This document shows positions 39,965 through 55,474 of a stretch of 64,000 nt of DNA, piece by piece (the stretch's first letter is position 1; every line of letters starts with the position of its first letter). Where the stretch lies: the NCBI GenBank assembly GCA_951406725.2, contig OX597832.1:69688001-69752000 (forward strand), given 5' to 3'. The notes under the pieces were generated by a model. It ran no database searches, was not told the DNA's origin, and saw only the letters and a list, made by a program, of their open reading frames with translations. The stretch is from Octopus vulgaris. Its lineage: Eukaryota. Made by a program: the position numbers and the translations under genes.

Positions 39965-41099
39965 TATATATATATATATATATATATATGCATGTAGAAT
40001 ACTTTTCAAATAAATTACACAACTACAAAAAGCTCACAAATAAACGTGATAGACCTCCTAACAAAACGTCGTTATTCTCTCCCATGTTCTTCTAGCATAA
40101 TGTAATTTAGTATTCTCAGACAATTGAGCAGTCTATGTGTTTGTGAAAACAATCATCACGAGGTCTTCGGAAAGGTAACACTATCGTTTACTCTTCTCAA
40201 CACGCCACATGATAAATACCTAAGTATCCGCTAACATCAATGAAAACAGGACAGGCTTTTGATAACCTTCAGTCTTGTACCATTTGCAAAATCGACTCCG
40301 TATCAGCATTAGATGTTCTGCACGGATTCATTTTTGCAGACGTCTATACATTGCGATTTATTGATATAAGCTAAATCATTTCCAAACACGAATTCCAGAC
40401 CAATAATAGGTAGTAAGTAGAATCATTGACGATTCTACATTATGTATGTTTTTTTTTTATCATAATTTTCCTTCCGAATGATAGTAACCATTATTTTGGA
40501 GAGAGAGAGAGAGAGAGAAGAAAATACAAAAGAAAAATATATTTATATCTATGAATCACAAAAACGCTCGGTATTAAATTTCATATTTGAAATGAGCTCG
40601 AACAAGGATATATAATCCGTTTATGTCAACATTTCTGCAACAAACAACGCACTGAGATATGGAAATATAACAGAAGCCATAACATTAGTGCAGATAGAGT
40701 GGCTTGAGAACATCAAATTGAGAAATCGATAGTTTCGGCTTGATAGACTGTCACTTGTCTTGCGCATGCCCACTCACAATGTCGCATCTATCAGTAAAGT
40801 GTAAATATATAAGCATATAGAAGGGGATATTTGTGTGTATGTGCGTGTGTGTGTGTGTGTACGGGTTAATGTATATATAGCCGTTTACGAATATAGCCAT
40901 GACTGTCAGTGCATATGTGAATATATATTTATATATATATATATGTATATGAATGTATAAAATATGTGTGTATATACTATTAAGTGTAAAAAAATATATA
41001 TGTACGTACACACATATACACTCACACAAACTTGCGTTTGTGTGTTGTGTGTGTGTGTGTGTGTGCGTGTATGCACATAAGCAAATACAGCAATGAATT

Positions 41100-41145
41100 A
41101 ATGTATGTATATGCATATATATATATATATATACATACATATACA

Positions 41146-41178
<33 letters not shown>

Positions 41179-41245
41179 GTATATATATATACATATATAT
41201 ATATGTATATATATATATATATGCATATATATATATATATATATA

Positions 41246-41315
<70 letters not shown>

Positions 41316-41400
41316 TACACATATATATACATATACACAGACGCACACACACATATATAAATATGTACATGTGAATATGTGTATATATGCACGGGTGTAT
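41100..41400. repeat. Interrupted (TA)n tract
   Basis: Direct reading. Confidence 0.95.
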
Positions 41401-41699
41401 GTTTGTGTATGTATAGATTTCAGGCATAGATAAACATCTATGATGCATACGTAGCTACACGCACATACACTCACATAAACATGTGTACAGTGGAGTGCAT
41501 AAATATTTATCAGTCACCAGACAATGGAGTGCTAAATGAAATTATAGACTTGATACTTTGTGTTCGTGTCAGACTCTAACAAACTCTGGTGAATATTCAC
41601 ATGAATTAGAAATGCCAACTGTGGCACTAAATATCAGTGACAAACTTGGTTCGGACATAGAATAAGGGATCAGATAATCTCCAGTGAATATCACTTCTA

Positions 41700-42028
41700 A
41701 TGTACGCAGCGCAAAAAGTGGAGCATTACGGCTGGTACCTTAATTTATCGTTCATTGAAGGATAGAAAAGTAAAGTTTTCCTCGACAGGATTCGTGCTCT
41801 GAACATATAGGAGCGGATTATATTGGGTTTAAAATTTGGCACAAGGCCAGCAATTTCAGGGGAGTGGGTAAGTCGATTACATCGACCCAGTGTACAAGTG
41901 GTACTTATTTTATCGACACCGAAAGGATGAAAGGCAAAGTCGATCTTGAACTCAGAATATAAAGCTGGATGAGATGCCGCTAAGCATTTTGCTTGCCGTG
42001 CTCACCATTCTATCAGCTCGCCTCCTTA
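41700..42028 (-). mobile_element. Two SINE family B copies
   Basis: Cores at ~41735 (diverged) and ~41900 (ggtacttattttatcgacaccgaaaggatgaaaggcaaagtcga). Confidence 0.8.
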
Positions 42029-44435
42029 AAGTGCCAAAACGTTTTGCAAGGTATTTTCTCTGATGCTTTATCAACTGACCGCTGTTACCAACGGTAAATA
42101 CCGAAACAAAACATTGGAATCCTAGAATATGATTAAGTTGTCTTCACCACATTACACTTTTTAACTTGTTTTTATTGTGAAGATCCACTATTTTCTGTTT
42201 ATCATTTGTATTTAAAATAACCCCTTTACTGATATATCTTGGTTTCTGTGGGTTATATTTTTAAAGTTTATTGAAAGGAAATTTCCATAGATCTGAACTA
42301 AGACGAAACCTTCATTTCTGCCTTTCATCTTTTATGGCCGTTAATATAAGAATCTAGAGTGTTGAATTATTGCAGCTGCTAGAGTGGGGAGGTGACAGAT
42401 AGTCGCCTCTTCGAAGACATTGGTACCAGTTTGTGTCGGCCCAAGTCGACAACCTTTCAACTGGAAGGACACCGGTGGCGTGGAATACATGAACGACTTC
42501 TAGCCTTATCCAATGTGTCTTGCCCAGACCTGCTCATTTTCATATAACAACACGCCAACATCAACTCAAGGAGGCCCTACAAACACTCCTAAATGAATTT
42601 TTGTCTACTAACTACATAAATAGCCTCTTTAATCGACATTTCCAAACTCATTCTTTTACATCTATGTAATTAGAACTTTATTCAAGAATCGGCGTAATTT
42701 GATATTCCGCGTGGAAAAGAAATCTGACACTTGGTGCGGATGAAGGGTTTCGAGGAAGGTCTAGCCATTAAAGTACCAACTATTCCGACCGTGACATCAA
42801 CTCTGCTTAATGAAGAATATCCATAGAAGGACACAGAAAGGGCCACTGACAAGATTTTTATCAAGCTGTATGAAAGTTTCTTTCGGGCCATTGTTTCGAT
42901 TCTAGGGTTTAGCATATACCTTTCTTTTGTGATTGGTTTTGAATACCATGTCCTCACTACTATCTCACTCTCATAGATCCGGAACGTATACATAGTTTTC
43001 AGTCAGTTTTGACTGTGAGTAGTCAGTTGTTCGGCAACTGAATCCTCACTGAATTAATGTGTCTGAACATGCTAAAGTGGCATGTAAACATAACGCAATT
43101 CTCGGGAACGTCATGGGATCTTCGTAATCAGCGTGTTTCGGCGAGAAGGTTCAGCTGTTCGTGTTTTGCCATTTTCACTCAGAAGAGATCGGTTAAACCT
43201 AAGCTATTTACCTCCCGCCAAAAAAAAAAAAGAAAAATATTACGCCCAAGATACGAAACAGTGCAGTCAGATGTGAGACCACATGTCTACAAATCTAACT
43301 TGTTAAACATTCAGCCATATTAAATATGCCCACTTTCACAAATGTTGATAAAAATAAACAAACGTAGGTTATTGTTTGTTTTTGCTGAAATAAAAAATAT
43401 TAAAAGAAATCAAAAATTAAACGCAAACATGATTGAAATATCAGTTCGTAAATAGAAGTAAATATACAAAAATTTTGCAATATTCCATATATCTGCGTCT
43501 GTATACACAGACATACAGAAATACATGCGCGAACGCGCACACTTTATATTTGCTCTAGGGGACGAAATTGTAGACCGTATCAACAAGACCTGATCGCTAA
43601 TAGTGTGATTGAAAGGCTAAACATTATAAATAGTTGTACACTATAACCATTGAAGCAAACAAGTCAGATATAAAATCAATTTCGTAAACTTCAAACATAA
43701 ACCGTTCTGTCCTTTCCATAAGGAATGGAAATGCAAACTTAAAAGAATTTTAAGAGAAATGATAAAAGTAGCAGCAGACAAATACTAAGTCTTAAAAGTT
43801 CACTTTCTTAAATTTAACAATACATTCTTGCATCTTAATCTTTTGTCAAAACGCCTTCGTTACAAATGTTGTCATCTAAATCCCACTCAACCAAGCTTTC
43901 CCAGACACCCACATAAACTACCAAAGAAATAATTGTCAGAAGACAGTTGCATTAGCATCTATCTTTATCGTTCCGGGCGCGGCGTAAGTGTCACTCAACG
44001 AATGTGCTCGATAAAGTCGTCTATAAGCTTCTACATAAATGTAGACACTTGAGCTTAAATTAGAAATAATTAAATTCTTTTTCGCAGTCTTAATTGTATT
44101 CCATACTTTGAAGGACTAATCCAAGAACGCATGTGTCTTTGGCTTTCGTGGTCTCCACACTATTGAAGTTCTTCTCTCTGACAAAGACATACTGTGTGGC
44201 ATTGCTCCTCTTTTCTGTAAAATTTTGTATAACTTAATCTAGTACTTTATGTCTGTTATCATTTCTATTCTACTTGCTTCAGTGATTGGATTTCGCTCCG
44301 AAAGGTTTACTCGGACATATCAAACCGGCAGTTTTTTTTTTTTTCTGTCTGGTACTTATTCAGTCTCTTTCTTTCCCGAAACAGCTAAGTGACGAGCGCA
44401 AAAACAATTCAACAGAGGGTATTGATCGGTTGGGG

Positions 44436-44527
<92 letters not shown>

Positions 44528-44600
44528 TACACACACACAAACGCACGCACACACAAAGAGAAACGCACATATATTTTAAGTATATATAAATACATACGCA

Positions 44601-44634
<34 letters not shown>

Positions 44635-44960
44635 GATATTTGTGACAATCTTGTTTGATATATTAGGTCGTTTGCTGTTGTTAATGATCCTCACAAATGA
44701 TAAACTATTCACTAGAACAACCGAAGGAAGAGTCGAAATGTGAGGTCACCCTAATTGCGAAACATGTCTTAGTCTGTTAGAAGATTCGGAATACCGTTTC
44801 AGACATGGGCAAATATTCAAAATCAAATTGAACTTCACTCGTGCCTCTCAAAACTTCACTTAAGTAATCAGATGCTCGGGCTGGTAAAGAAGCACAAGAT
44901 CACAGAAACAGAACTTTTTCATAAAGACCTTTAAAAATACAGAAACATTATCCTATCATA

Positions 44961-45223
44961 ATAAAAAAAAACAAATGTTCATTCTCAAGCTATGCCAGGT
45001 TAATAAGGGCCGGTTCCCTGCTTTCAGTGACGTAGAAATTCCCCACATGGGCGGGACACCGGTCCGTCGCAGGATTAATCATTTTTGCCAGCTGAGCAGA
45101 CTGGAGCAACGTGAAATGAAGTGTTTTGCTCAAGAATATAACGCATCACCCGGTCCAGGAATCGAAACCAGAAACTTACGATTATGAATTCAACACCCTA
45201 ACCACTAATTCACGCGCCTCCAC
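44961..45223 (-). mobile_element. tRNA-derived SINE family C with 12-bp target-site duplication
   Basis: Minus head ggaggcgcgtgaattagtggttaggg...gtttcgattcc; TATCCTATCATA at 44949-44960 and 45224-45235. Confidence 0.9.
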
Positions 45224-47039
45224 TATCCTATCATAGCGGCACTTAAATATATAAGAAATATAAATAGTATTTCTACGGAAATAGAGAAATATTAGCCTCA
45301 TAGAAGCACTCAACATATAAGAAACATAATATTTCTACGGAAGCACCATCACACAAAAACATTCACCTCATGACTTCATTGGTTAAAATATTCTAAATAC
45401 GTACACATATTTTTCATTTTATCTCAAAAATACGTATTACATACCCTGCACTGAAACCACCACACTATTTACAAATCTTAGGCAGAGGAGAAAGACAGAG
45501 TGGCTTCAACGACAAAACAAACGAAATATGCGCCATCTTAAATCTACCATAGTTACAAAAAATCAGGAAAGCATTTGTCTCTATTCTCCGCTATTCATAG
45601 ATAAACAAAATACTCCACACCTTTTAAAGAAACAACATGAAAGGATGGCTGGCGGACTATTTGTCGGGTCATCAGGTCTATGTGGAGTACAGTAACAATT
45701 AATCAATAAATGAAGGGAGAGGTGAGATGAGAAGGGAGACAGGAAGAGAAGAGACAGGGGGAGGGGAGCCGAGGAGAGAGGAAACGGGGGAGAGGGCACT
45801 TCTGCTTCTCAGTAGAAAATAAATCCAATTGTATTTTTACTTCTTTATATTTTTTCAATTCTATAAAATGTTATTTCTATCATTATAGAAACATGTATAA
45901 TTTTGTTTACTACATGACGTCTCCTCATTTCTTATTTTAGAAATATTAATATCTGATTTCTTTTACTTATAAGGCCTCGAAATCATGAAAGGAATCGATG
46001 CACAATTTAACCTACACTAATTACTGATATCTGATCTTGTCTAATTACAGGGAAACTCTACAAAGTCAGGTGAACCGATGCTATGATTTATTCGCTTGTG
46101 GAAGAAATCTGAATCACACATTAGACAATGAAGTCTTGGAGTATATAAAAAAATGATGTCCATTCTAATACGAATGTCCAGGGCTTAAGGAAACAATATC
46201 AGGAAGTGGGACAATGAACAAAATAAAATATCAACTGATGTCGCTGAGATAGTACAAGACTGGGCGACTTAGACTTTTCACCCATCTGTATTGTTGTTTT
46301 ACTTTCTAATAAAAGCAGTTTCGGTATTTGTAAGTTGCGTGATAGGAATGTCAGTTAATCGTGTACTTTGAGAAGATTCAGTCCTCTACATTTCTTTCAG
46401 GAAAAGTAAAAGAAGCATTTGCAAAACCGGGCGCAACGATAGACCTTTATACTTTCGTACAGCTTGCTAGACGTAGCAGTCATTTTCCCCTCAAAACACA
46501 CTTTTACCGTCTTAGAAATATCCAGGACAATATAGTCACAAAAATACATAAGGAAACGGGTTGTTCACAGTTGGAACGCCTTTTGATCATTAGTGTATTC
46601 AAATTAAACTGTCGCTCGACATTGTGAACACATGAACATTGGTTCTGGTTAGCAAAAAATCTGTTCGCTAAAAGTATAAAGAAAGGCCCACTGCGTGGCT
46701 AGACTTAAAGGTCCATGGTATTTCAAACTGACAAGATGCATCATAAGGAAGCACCGTCTGCGTCAGAAAGTAGAGTGGCTTGAACTCAATATCGTCATTA
46801 AAAAAAACGACTTTTTTCTTCTGTGACAAACCCAACAACGACTAGCTTATTTTACGTTTGAATCTGCTGGGAAGTAATTAATGAAATATTTTTGTAAACA
46901 TTCATTACGTATGGATGTATTATAGAATGAACGTGAGAAAAGGGGCGCCAAGCTTTCTAGTTTTACGATTAAGTTAATTAAACATTATCTAACATAATCC
47001 TGAGGACGATTAATCGATTACATAAGAGGAAATGTAATC

Positions 47040-47412
47040 TTGAGCGCAACCATACATTTCCGCGGCATCTTGGGCATGTGTTTCCCGACCATAGACATTG
47101 GTCGATTAATTGATTAATGCTTTGTGAGTGAATTTCTTCAGCAGAAAACTGTGTCGAAACCCATCGTGTACATATATGTATGTGTGTATGCATGTATATA
47201 CATATGTGTGTGCATGCGTGCGCGTCTTTTTTCCATGATATCGCTTCACAACCGAAGTTGGTCTGTTAATACCACGTAGCATAGATGTTCGGTATAAGTC
47301 ATCGACGGAATAAGTATCAGACTTAACGAAACAACATCAGAAATAGATTTGTTGGTGCTTCATGACGTTGCTCCAGCATGACTGCAGTCTAATGACTAAA
47401 ACGTGTAAAAAG
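47040..47412 (+). mobile_element. SINE family A, diverged
   Basis: gcggcatcttgggcatgtgt...tcgcttcacaaccga...ctccagcatgactgcagtctaatgact. Confidence 0.7.
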
Positions 47413-48959
47413 GTAAGAAAAGAATCCAATTTTAGGAATTTGAAATGCGACAATAGTCTTAATAAGAATTACTGCAGTGAATTAAAGTATGGAAGTATGG
47501 AAGGCAAGCAATGTAGTAACCGTGGCGGGCTGCGGATAATGAAACGCAAAGAAAGAATTATATAAAATTAAGTTTGGAAGTGACTTGAATCATGCGATTG
47601 TGTAGTTTTGTACTCGTGACGTGTCTACAACTGTTTGATTAGAGAATAGAAAATAATGAACAAAGGAAAAGGAACAAAAAAGCCATATTATCTTCTTTTT
47701 ATTTTTGTGCAGCTCGGTTTAATATGACTTTTATTTGTAAGAGAAGTAGTCTTGTAATATTGCCGTTTTTAGCCAGAAACGAACGGAAAGATCAAACTTC
47801 TGTTACATGACGAATTCAAGCAGTTTTTAGAGAAGCGCACAGAACAGTGTTTGGGAAGTTTGCGGTTTGAACATAAATGAACAACGAATTCATGCAAGAT
47901 TTTTTTTCTCTTTTATTTTTACCTTTTTGTTCATGTTTCTAAGCGAACAGCATGTGATATATTTAAGCATTGATGTAACTGGGATGTCGAGAGTTTCAGT
48001 TATTCTTTCAAATTTTGATACAAGGACAGAAATTCTAGGGGAAGGGCAAGCTGACTACACTGACCCCAGTACTTGAATGGTGCTTTATTTTATCGACATC
48101 GTAAGTATGACAGCTAAACTCAGCCTTTCAGCTCGGAACCTAAAGAGTCGGAAGAAATGTCACCAACCATTATGTCCAACGTGATATTTAACCCTGTCAT
48201 CGCCTCAGTGTTCCTCATAATTTATATATATATATATATACTCTTTTATTCTTGTATTCTTGTATTCTTTCATACCTTTCAGCTCAAAGGCTATAGCCAT
48301 ATATATTAAATTACAAATTTAAAGCAGGTATAGCAACGTAAGTTGGCTGATACGCCAAACTTACTGCGGAATAGCCTCGATGAAATCGCTTCAAACAACA
48401 TCTGGTGTTAAAGAATCTCTGGATGTTACAGCTCGGGTTGTGTATACATAGCCTAGCGCTATGCTAAGAAATGAACATAATAAAGCATTGGACATCAGAA
48501 ACGGCAGATTAACGGATTAACAAAACATGTTGAATGTCTGAATATAATGAGATATGGTTGTGCTATTAAAACTAGCAGCTAAATCTTCACAATCAAATCA
48601 CAGTTGGCATCTGAAATGAAGGGAATGATACAATCTATCGTAAAAGCTTAAGAATCAATAACATAGTAATGGCCGAAATGTCTATAATCATTATAATGCT
48701 GGATCACGACTCACATCTGATTAAACCATAACAAGAACCATAATGCACGATTTTTTTTCTTCTGTGCGTTATTTGTAAAACTAGTGCACGCGCAATAACT
48801 TACAGGGTCACTGCTTATGATCCAGTTTTATAGCGTTCGCAACTAGTGGGGGAGATTCGGACTGAATATTTGTAACAGATTGGACAAAGTTAAATATATC
48901 CAAGGACCAGCTGCTTGCGCTAAAGTGGGTGGCGGCTTAAACTATATTTGGCTCTGTGT

Positions 48960-49147
48960 AATTTTGGAGGAGGGGCCAGTCGAATTGATCGATCCCAGTC
49001 GCAACTGATACTTAATTTATCGACCCCGAAAGGATGAAAGGCAAAGTCGACCTTGGTGGAATTTGAACTCAGAACGTAAAGACAGACGAAATACGGCTAA
49101 GCATTTCGTCCGGCGTGCTAACATTTCTGCCAGCTCCCTCCGCCTTA
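48960..49147 (-). mobile_element. SINE family B, well conserved
   Basis: ttatcgaccccgaaaggatgaaaggcaaagtcgacc...gaactcagaacgtaaagacagacgaaatac...ctgccagctc. Confidence 0.9.
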
Positions 49148-51079
49148 ACAAGAACCAATACTGAAAGGCGTCCAACCGAGCTGTAATGATTAATGATTCT
49201 AATAGTCTTTAACTTGAAAGTGATGTCTTATTTACCGATCTGGGATATATAATATATAATTGATCTCAAAAGGAACTAAACGTAGTACGAAAGAAGCCGG
49301 AGCAAAGACCGCCAAGCCTTTTGTCCGATGCACCAACGATTCTGATAATTTGCCGATGATGTTTATTTACACAGAAAAATATATCAATTCGAGCGTTTCG
49401 GCATATTTACTTATTCCCTTTTTATTTTCTTTACTTGTGTACAAGAGTATATATATTTAAAGGATGGCAAATAACTAAATTTGTTTCAGTTGAATCTAAT
49501 AAAATGGTTCTTTTGTTGTATCGGTCGTACACCGATGAAATCCAAAATGTGACTTCGGCCGGATTTGCCGTCACAACGCATGACATCAGTGGTGCTGTAG
49601 TCCAATCTATCGATATCAAGGTTCACTGCTTACTTCTGTTGATGAATTACATTAACATATCAGTAGATAATTTCTATAAAGAGAGGCGAAGTATTATCGT
49701 CTGGTCTATTCTAATCACAATATATTACTGGTATTTATCACAACCAACACTGAAGTATAACGAACATCGATATTTGCATAATTTGAAATCACTGAACAAA
49801 AGATGAAATTCTAACCACCCTGCCGATATATTCTAACAAATTTGTTCATCGAAATGATTTCATGGTGTGAGTGGACTTAACCAGAGAGTAGACTTAACAC
49901 AAAATGTTAATAGGTTGTCCGACTCTCAGTGAGCAAACGGACAGCTTCGTTTTGCTCGAATGTGTGTTTAGAACGTCAATACTATCGACGTCTACTATCT
50001 CTCACTTCACTCTCTTCGACCAGGGACGGAAAGTTGATTGACTGAAGACAGTTTGTTGAGGCATGAAATTATGATCGCTAGGGGGCATTAGAGTCTCTCT
50101 GATACACACGCTATCACCCCCACTTCTTTCTCACACACATACATACACACATACACGCACACACATTGACATAAATGCACTAAAATCTAAATGCAGACAG
50201 TTATCATTTTTGCATTGAGTGCATACATACATACATACATATATATACATACATACATGCATACATACATACGTACATACATACATACATACACATAGTA
50301 GTTTAAATACAGCAGCTCTGTACTTGTGTCGATATAATCGATTGGGTCCCTTCGTCAACATTCCAGGCCTTGTGCGTGTAGTACAAACAATTTTTAAGGC
50401 AGCCAGTGTTGTTGGAGGGAAGAATGAACAATTATTAGAAAGTATGAGATTTTTATAGGCTGCTTAGAACGACAACCAATATCATACTTCGATAAAAATA
50501 AAATAGTTTATGAACAGAAAAATGTAAGATGAAATGTAAATGAAGGAAAATTAAAGAAATGGAAGAGGTTGTTTATAAGCAGGGTTTCTGTTTAGGGAAC
50601 AGGAAATTTGTCGTTTACTTTAGTACTGAGAGTAGATGAGATTTAAATAATAACAGAGTTGAAGAATCTGAACGGCGGGTGGCGAGTTATGAAATAAGAT
50701 GTAAAAAGAAATCAATATCGGATGCAAGATTTATTTTTTTACAACGGAGCGAAGGAATTACCGGGGAAAATATTGTCTTAAAGTCAACTGAAAACAGGAT
50801 CCAAAGTCGGAAAAGATCTTAAGCGTTAGATATAAAAGATTTAACGGAAATAAGTAATATAGAAAATTATTTTGGACGTCGACAAAACATATATCCACTA
50901 TCGTACAAAAAAGATCATAGGTCATACGGGTCTGCGAATAAAATATGAACGATTATTAAAAATCTAGAGAAACTCTCTATCTACAGAGGTCACGTATTTA
51001 AGATACAAATAAAAAAAATAAAATAAAACATAACCTTGATTAGTATTTGAAGGAACGAGGAAAAACGCAACAAGTTATT

Positions 51080-51710
51080 CATATTGTTTCTTAGCGCGTC
51101 GAACAAATTGTTTAGCGGCATTTCTTCCGGCTTTTTACTTTCTGATTTCAAATCCTGTAGAGTTCAACTTTGCCTGTCTTTCATCATTTCTGAAATAAAT
51201 TAGCATATGTGCGCTTGTGTCCATATAATCGCTTTGGTTTCTTCTTCAACATTTCAGGCTTTGTGCCTGTTGTGGAAACGATTTTTAAGGCGGCCACTTG
51301 GCAGAATCTTTAGGACAAAATACTTTAGTGGCTCTGCAGGCTCTTTACGTTCTGAGTCCAAATCCCTCCTAGACCGACTTGGCATTTTATCTTCTAGGTA
51401 TCGATAAAATAAAATGCCAGTCAAGTGCTGTCGGCAATGCAATCGACTTACCCTTCCCTTCCCTTCAAAATGTTGGGCTTGTATCTATACCAAGGACCAA
51501 TCTTCTTAGTATCAAAGTCGTGAATTGGTAGAATTATAACCGTGTCGGAAAAAATGCCAGGTGACACTTTTTTTTACAAATCACTCAAATGTCAAATTTG
51601 CTTGTAATCCATGCGGGGTCGCTTAAATCAAACCCCAAATTCTAGGATCGACCTCATCCCCTAACATCCCATCCACTTAGAATTGCTGTCCCCGTGCCTA
51701 AGTTAGAAAC
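51080..51710 (+). mobile_element. Three consecutive diverged SINE family B copies
   Basis: Heads near 51080, 51288 and 51520 with ggcagaat/ggtagaat and B cores. Confidence 0.7.
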
Positions 51711-51794
51711 CGATACTAAATATGGTTGTTGCATCGACAGGAAACCATTTTGGATCACTCGTAAGTTTGGTTTGTTTATATATGTTCTAAACAG

Positions 51795-51852
51795 AGCAGC
51801 AGCAGCAACAGCTGCAGCCACAACAGCAGCAGCAGCAGCAGCAGCAGTACTC

Positions 51853-51907
<55 letters not shown>

Positions 51908-51911
51908 CAGT
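51795..51911. repeat. (CAG)n followed by (TAG)n microsatellite
   Basis: Direct reading. Confidence 0.95.
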
Positions 51912-52069
51912 ATGGCGTCCTGCGCTGTAAGCGCGCGTCACTGAATCCACAATTTACTTCTGGCAGAGGAAGTCTCTGCACGACCCAGGCGGCAACTCTC
52001 CAACCCATGTGTCAGCTTGGATAGGTGAAGGCTTTTTCGAGGTCGGTAAATAAATCCTACCACAATATG

Positions 52070-52240
52070 AAATCCTGGGTCCATTCTTTGAGATGACGGT
52101 TTTCACACGATACTAGAGCAACGTGGAATGAAGTGTTTTGATCAGGAACACAACATGCCGACCGGGCCAGGAATAAAAACGACGACATGTTTGCTGATTG
52201 GGAGTACAACGCCTTAACCACTAAGCAACGCACCTTCATG
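52070..52240 (-). mobile_element. SINE family C, diverged
   Basis: Shares gagcaacgtg(g/a)aatgaagtgttttg and cc(t/c)taaccactaa with the 45 kb copy. Confidence 0.75.
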
Positions 52241-53207
52241 TTGAAAGCACCGGTTCTTGTTTCATAAAGAGCTTTATACTTAGTTACTACTAAATTAACC
52301 AGGACCATGGAGGAGTGATTAGTTCCATTTTCTTTTCTTTCAAACTTATTTTTATTCTTTTAAAGAGAACAAGCACGGTGTCGCATGCTCTAGGACACGG
52401 TCGAACAAGAGCAATTAGATGGGCCTGAATAGCACAAGCGCAACGTAGAAAGAAATGAGCCACAGTTCAGCTGTTGATACACCGTGATGAACATGTCCTA
52501 CACAGTCACAAAGGGATATGTGCTGCTTCTCAACACATTTTGCTCAACTATTCGGGACAAATGGCGGGTCAGATTTCACGATGGACACGTAAATGTCTAT
52601 CTCGAATTTTGGCATAAAAAAATGAGTGTTGCACAATAAGAGCCATTTAAACACAGGAAGCGATGGTAAGCTGCACAAAGGTCAAAATGCCCTTGCTTAG
52701 ATGCTCTCCCCAATTAGACTTTTTTTAATATTCCTTGATAAGCACTTTATCCTTTGCAGCAAGATGAGCACTAATGTCGAAATTTGAACTGTTCGTGTTA
52801 AGAGACGTAGCATTTTCGCATTATGCTGCCGATTCAACCATTGAATACCACATTTCTGTACAATATAAATATTAATCAACAATTGTTAGTTTTTTTATTT
52901 AATGCTTTATTTTTGTAAATGTTGCTGTTTGTTTAGTATTTGTATTGAAGACGCATATTAAACAACTAATTATATATTTATGAAGTCGAAAGCCAAACAA
53001 GATGTTTCTCACTTGAATATAATACAAATCATCTGAATAAAATATAAATTCATTTTGTACTTGTTTCCCTGTCTCGTGGGAACTTCTGCCTTCAAGATTT
53101 CAAATTGATAACAAACTTTTCCTACATTCCAGTACATTCGTCTGCACTAATTTGGCGGCAGCGCGAAAGTGCATTTCCGAAAGAATTTCGTTCAACCAGA
53201 GAATGTT

Positions 53208-53274
<67 letters not shown>

Positions 53275-53988
53275 TCACTCTCTCTCTCTCACTCTCTATT
53301 TTTCTCGCTCCTTTCTTCCTACTCTCATTCTTCCTGTCGTCTCTCTCTTCCTTGGCGTCTTTATCTCTCTCTTGCCCCTATCGCATCCACTCTCTATCTC
53401 CTCTCTATTTTCCTTCATCTTTCTCCTCCTCTTCTTATGTCTCCCGTTCCCCCTTCCCAGATTCAGAAAAACTGTTAAGTTATTTATTTTGCGATTACAT
53501 GATTCTGAGTTCGATTCCACCGTGTAATATCTTGGGCAAGTGTCTTTTGCTATAGCTTCAGGTTGATTTAAACTATATGTGTGACGTTGGTAAATGTCTT
53601 ATGAATTGTGCATTAAACTCAAAGTGCCAACATTTGAATTTATGGCACATCAACGAAAATAGTAGAAAAAATTGAGTCTGACATCAACTCGGCCTCAGTG
53701 AAGGTGGCAGGGGAGGAGAAAGCTAAGAAGTTTAGGCTTCATGACGCTTCGTAAAGCAGCAACGCGTCCGACTACGTACTTTCGTCTCCAGATTATCAAC
53801 ATGTGATGGGCACTGTTTTTCCATAGAGTATCTCAATGCTAGAGAAACCTTCATTCCTGAGGAGGTTATCTCCCCTTCTGTTCCCGAATTCGATGCAATC
53901 TGCTGAGAGAAATTTGTTTGTTTCTCTCGCAGATAATTTTAATTAATCAACAGTTCATCTGATATGGTACTTCATATAGATTTATTAG

Positions 53989-54134
<146 letters not shown>

Positions 54135-54765
54135 ATCTATGTATATCAATAAATGCTTACATTGAAAACGTGTCTTCTCATCTAACTGGTCACGATGTGT
54201 TTCGCAAATGAGTTTATTCCCAATATGTAGCAATTCTGAGCGTCCTTTATGTCAGCCGATGTAATTGAGTAAAACATGTAACCTTCACACCAATCACCAA
54301 GTCAAAGAAATTAACCAAAAATTCTAAGCATCTTTTACTGCTCTACCGTAATGGAATGAATAATGCTGGTTTCTATTTGTTGGATTCTTAGAGTGGAGGT
54401 AGAAGTTGACATAGAGAAGGTGAAAACAAATGGAAACAAAAATTCTGTAATGTGAAAATAATCTAAAATCGAAACAGGAAATTTCTGAACTACGGATTAA
54501 TCTGACACTTAGATTCCTCTTTTAAAAGTCTTTTTTCTTTTGTTTCCATTATTAAACATTGTGTTTTGGTTCCTTTCAATTTTTCAGGAGAAATTGTATT
54601 TTTTTGTTTTACATTTAGCTATTTCTTCTAATAGGGAACAATATATGATATCCATAATCAAATTTTTATATCGAAGTTTGCACGTTTTATGGGCGAAGGT
54701 AGAATGGAGGAGAAATTGTTCAACAAAATGAAGAAAAATATATATTCACATAAAATCACGTGTGC

Positions 54766-54800
<35 letters not shown>

Positions 54801-55073
54801 CACACACATGTGTGTGTGTATTTATATATATGTATATATATGTATATACATGTTTGTATGTGGTGTGTGTGTGTGTGTGTGCGCGTGTATCGTCTCTATG
54901 CTTGCCGAGTGTGTTTAAAGAGCAGCAGTAAAATGATATATTGCCCCACATGCACGTACAAAATCGCGCATGCAAGCAGACACGCAATCCCTATATATTC
55001 AACAGGAAATATGTCTCTGTTTATCCATCTATTTATGTGTGTGCACACACTCATACACATACAAACAAACATG

Positions 55074-55193
<120 letters not shown>

Positions 55194-55474
55194 CATATAT
55201 ACATATAATGTATATATACTGAATTCGCAGAAAATTTGGGATTGGAAGAACACGATTTCATGATTTCGCTCCTGGCTCCATGCTTTGAAGCATGGATTCT
55301 TTAGAATCTTAGTCGACAGTTCAATAGTTCACCAACCAGTTACAAATTCGTCTGGTAACTCATTAGCCCTTTATCTTGGAGTTATTTTCTGTGATTATTT
55401 TTATATCATTCATTTATCTCTATTTCTCGACATTAATTTTTGAGTACGTGTATGCCGAAGTCTGCGATTTTGTC

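Noticed and set aside
42682-42993. 103-aa non-repetitive ORF
   Set aside because: No recognisable motif or convincing splice signals.
49490-49620. Apparent coding exon ESNKMVLLLYRSYTDEIQNVTSAGFAVTTHDISGAVVQSIDIK with ag/gt ends
   Set aside because: The nucleotides align to the reverse complement of the SINE B core (gatgaaa..caaa..gac.tcggc.g.atttg), and the donor is weak.
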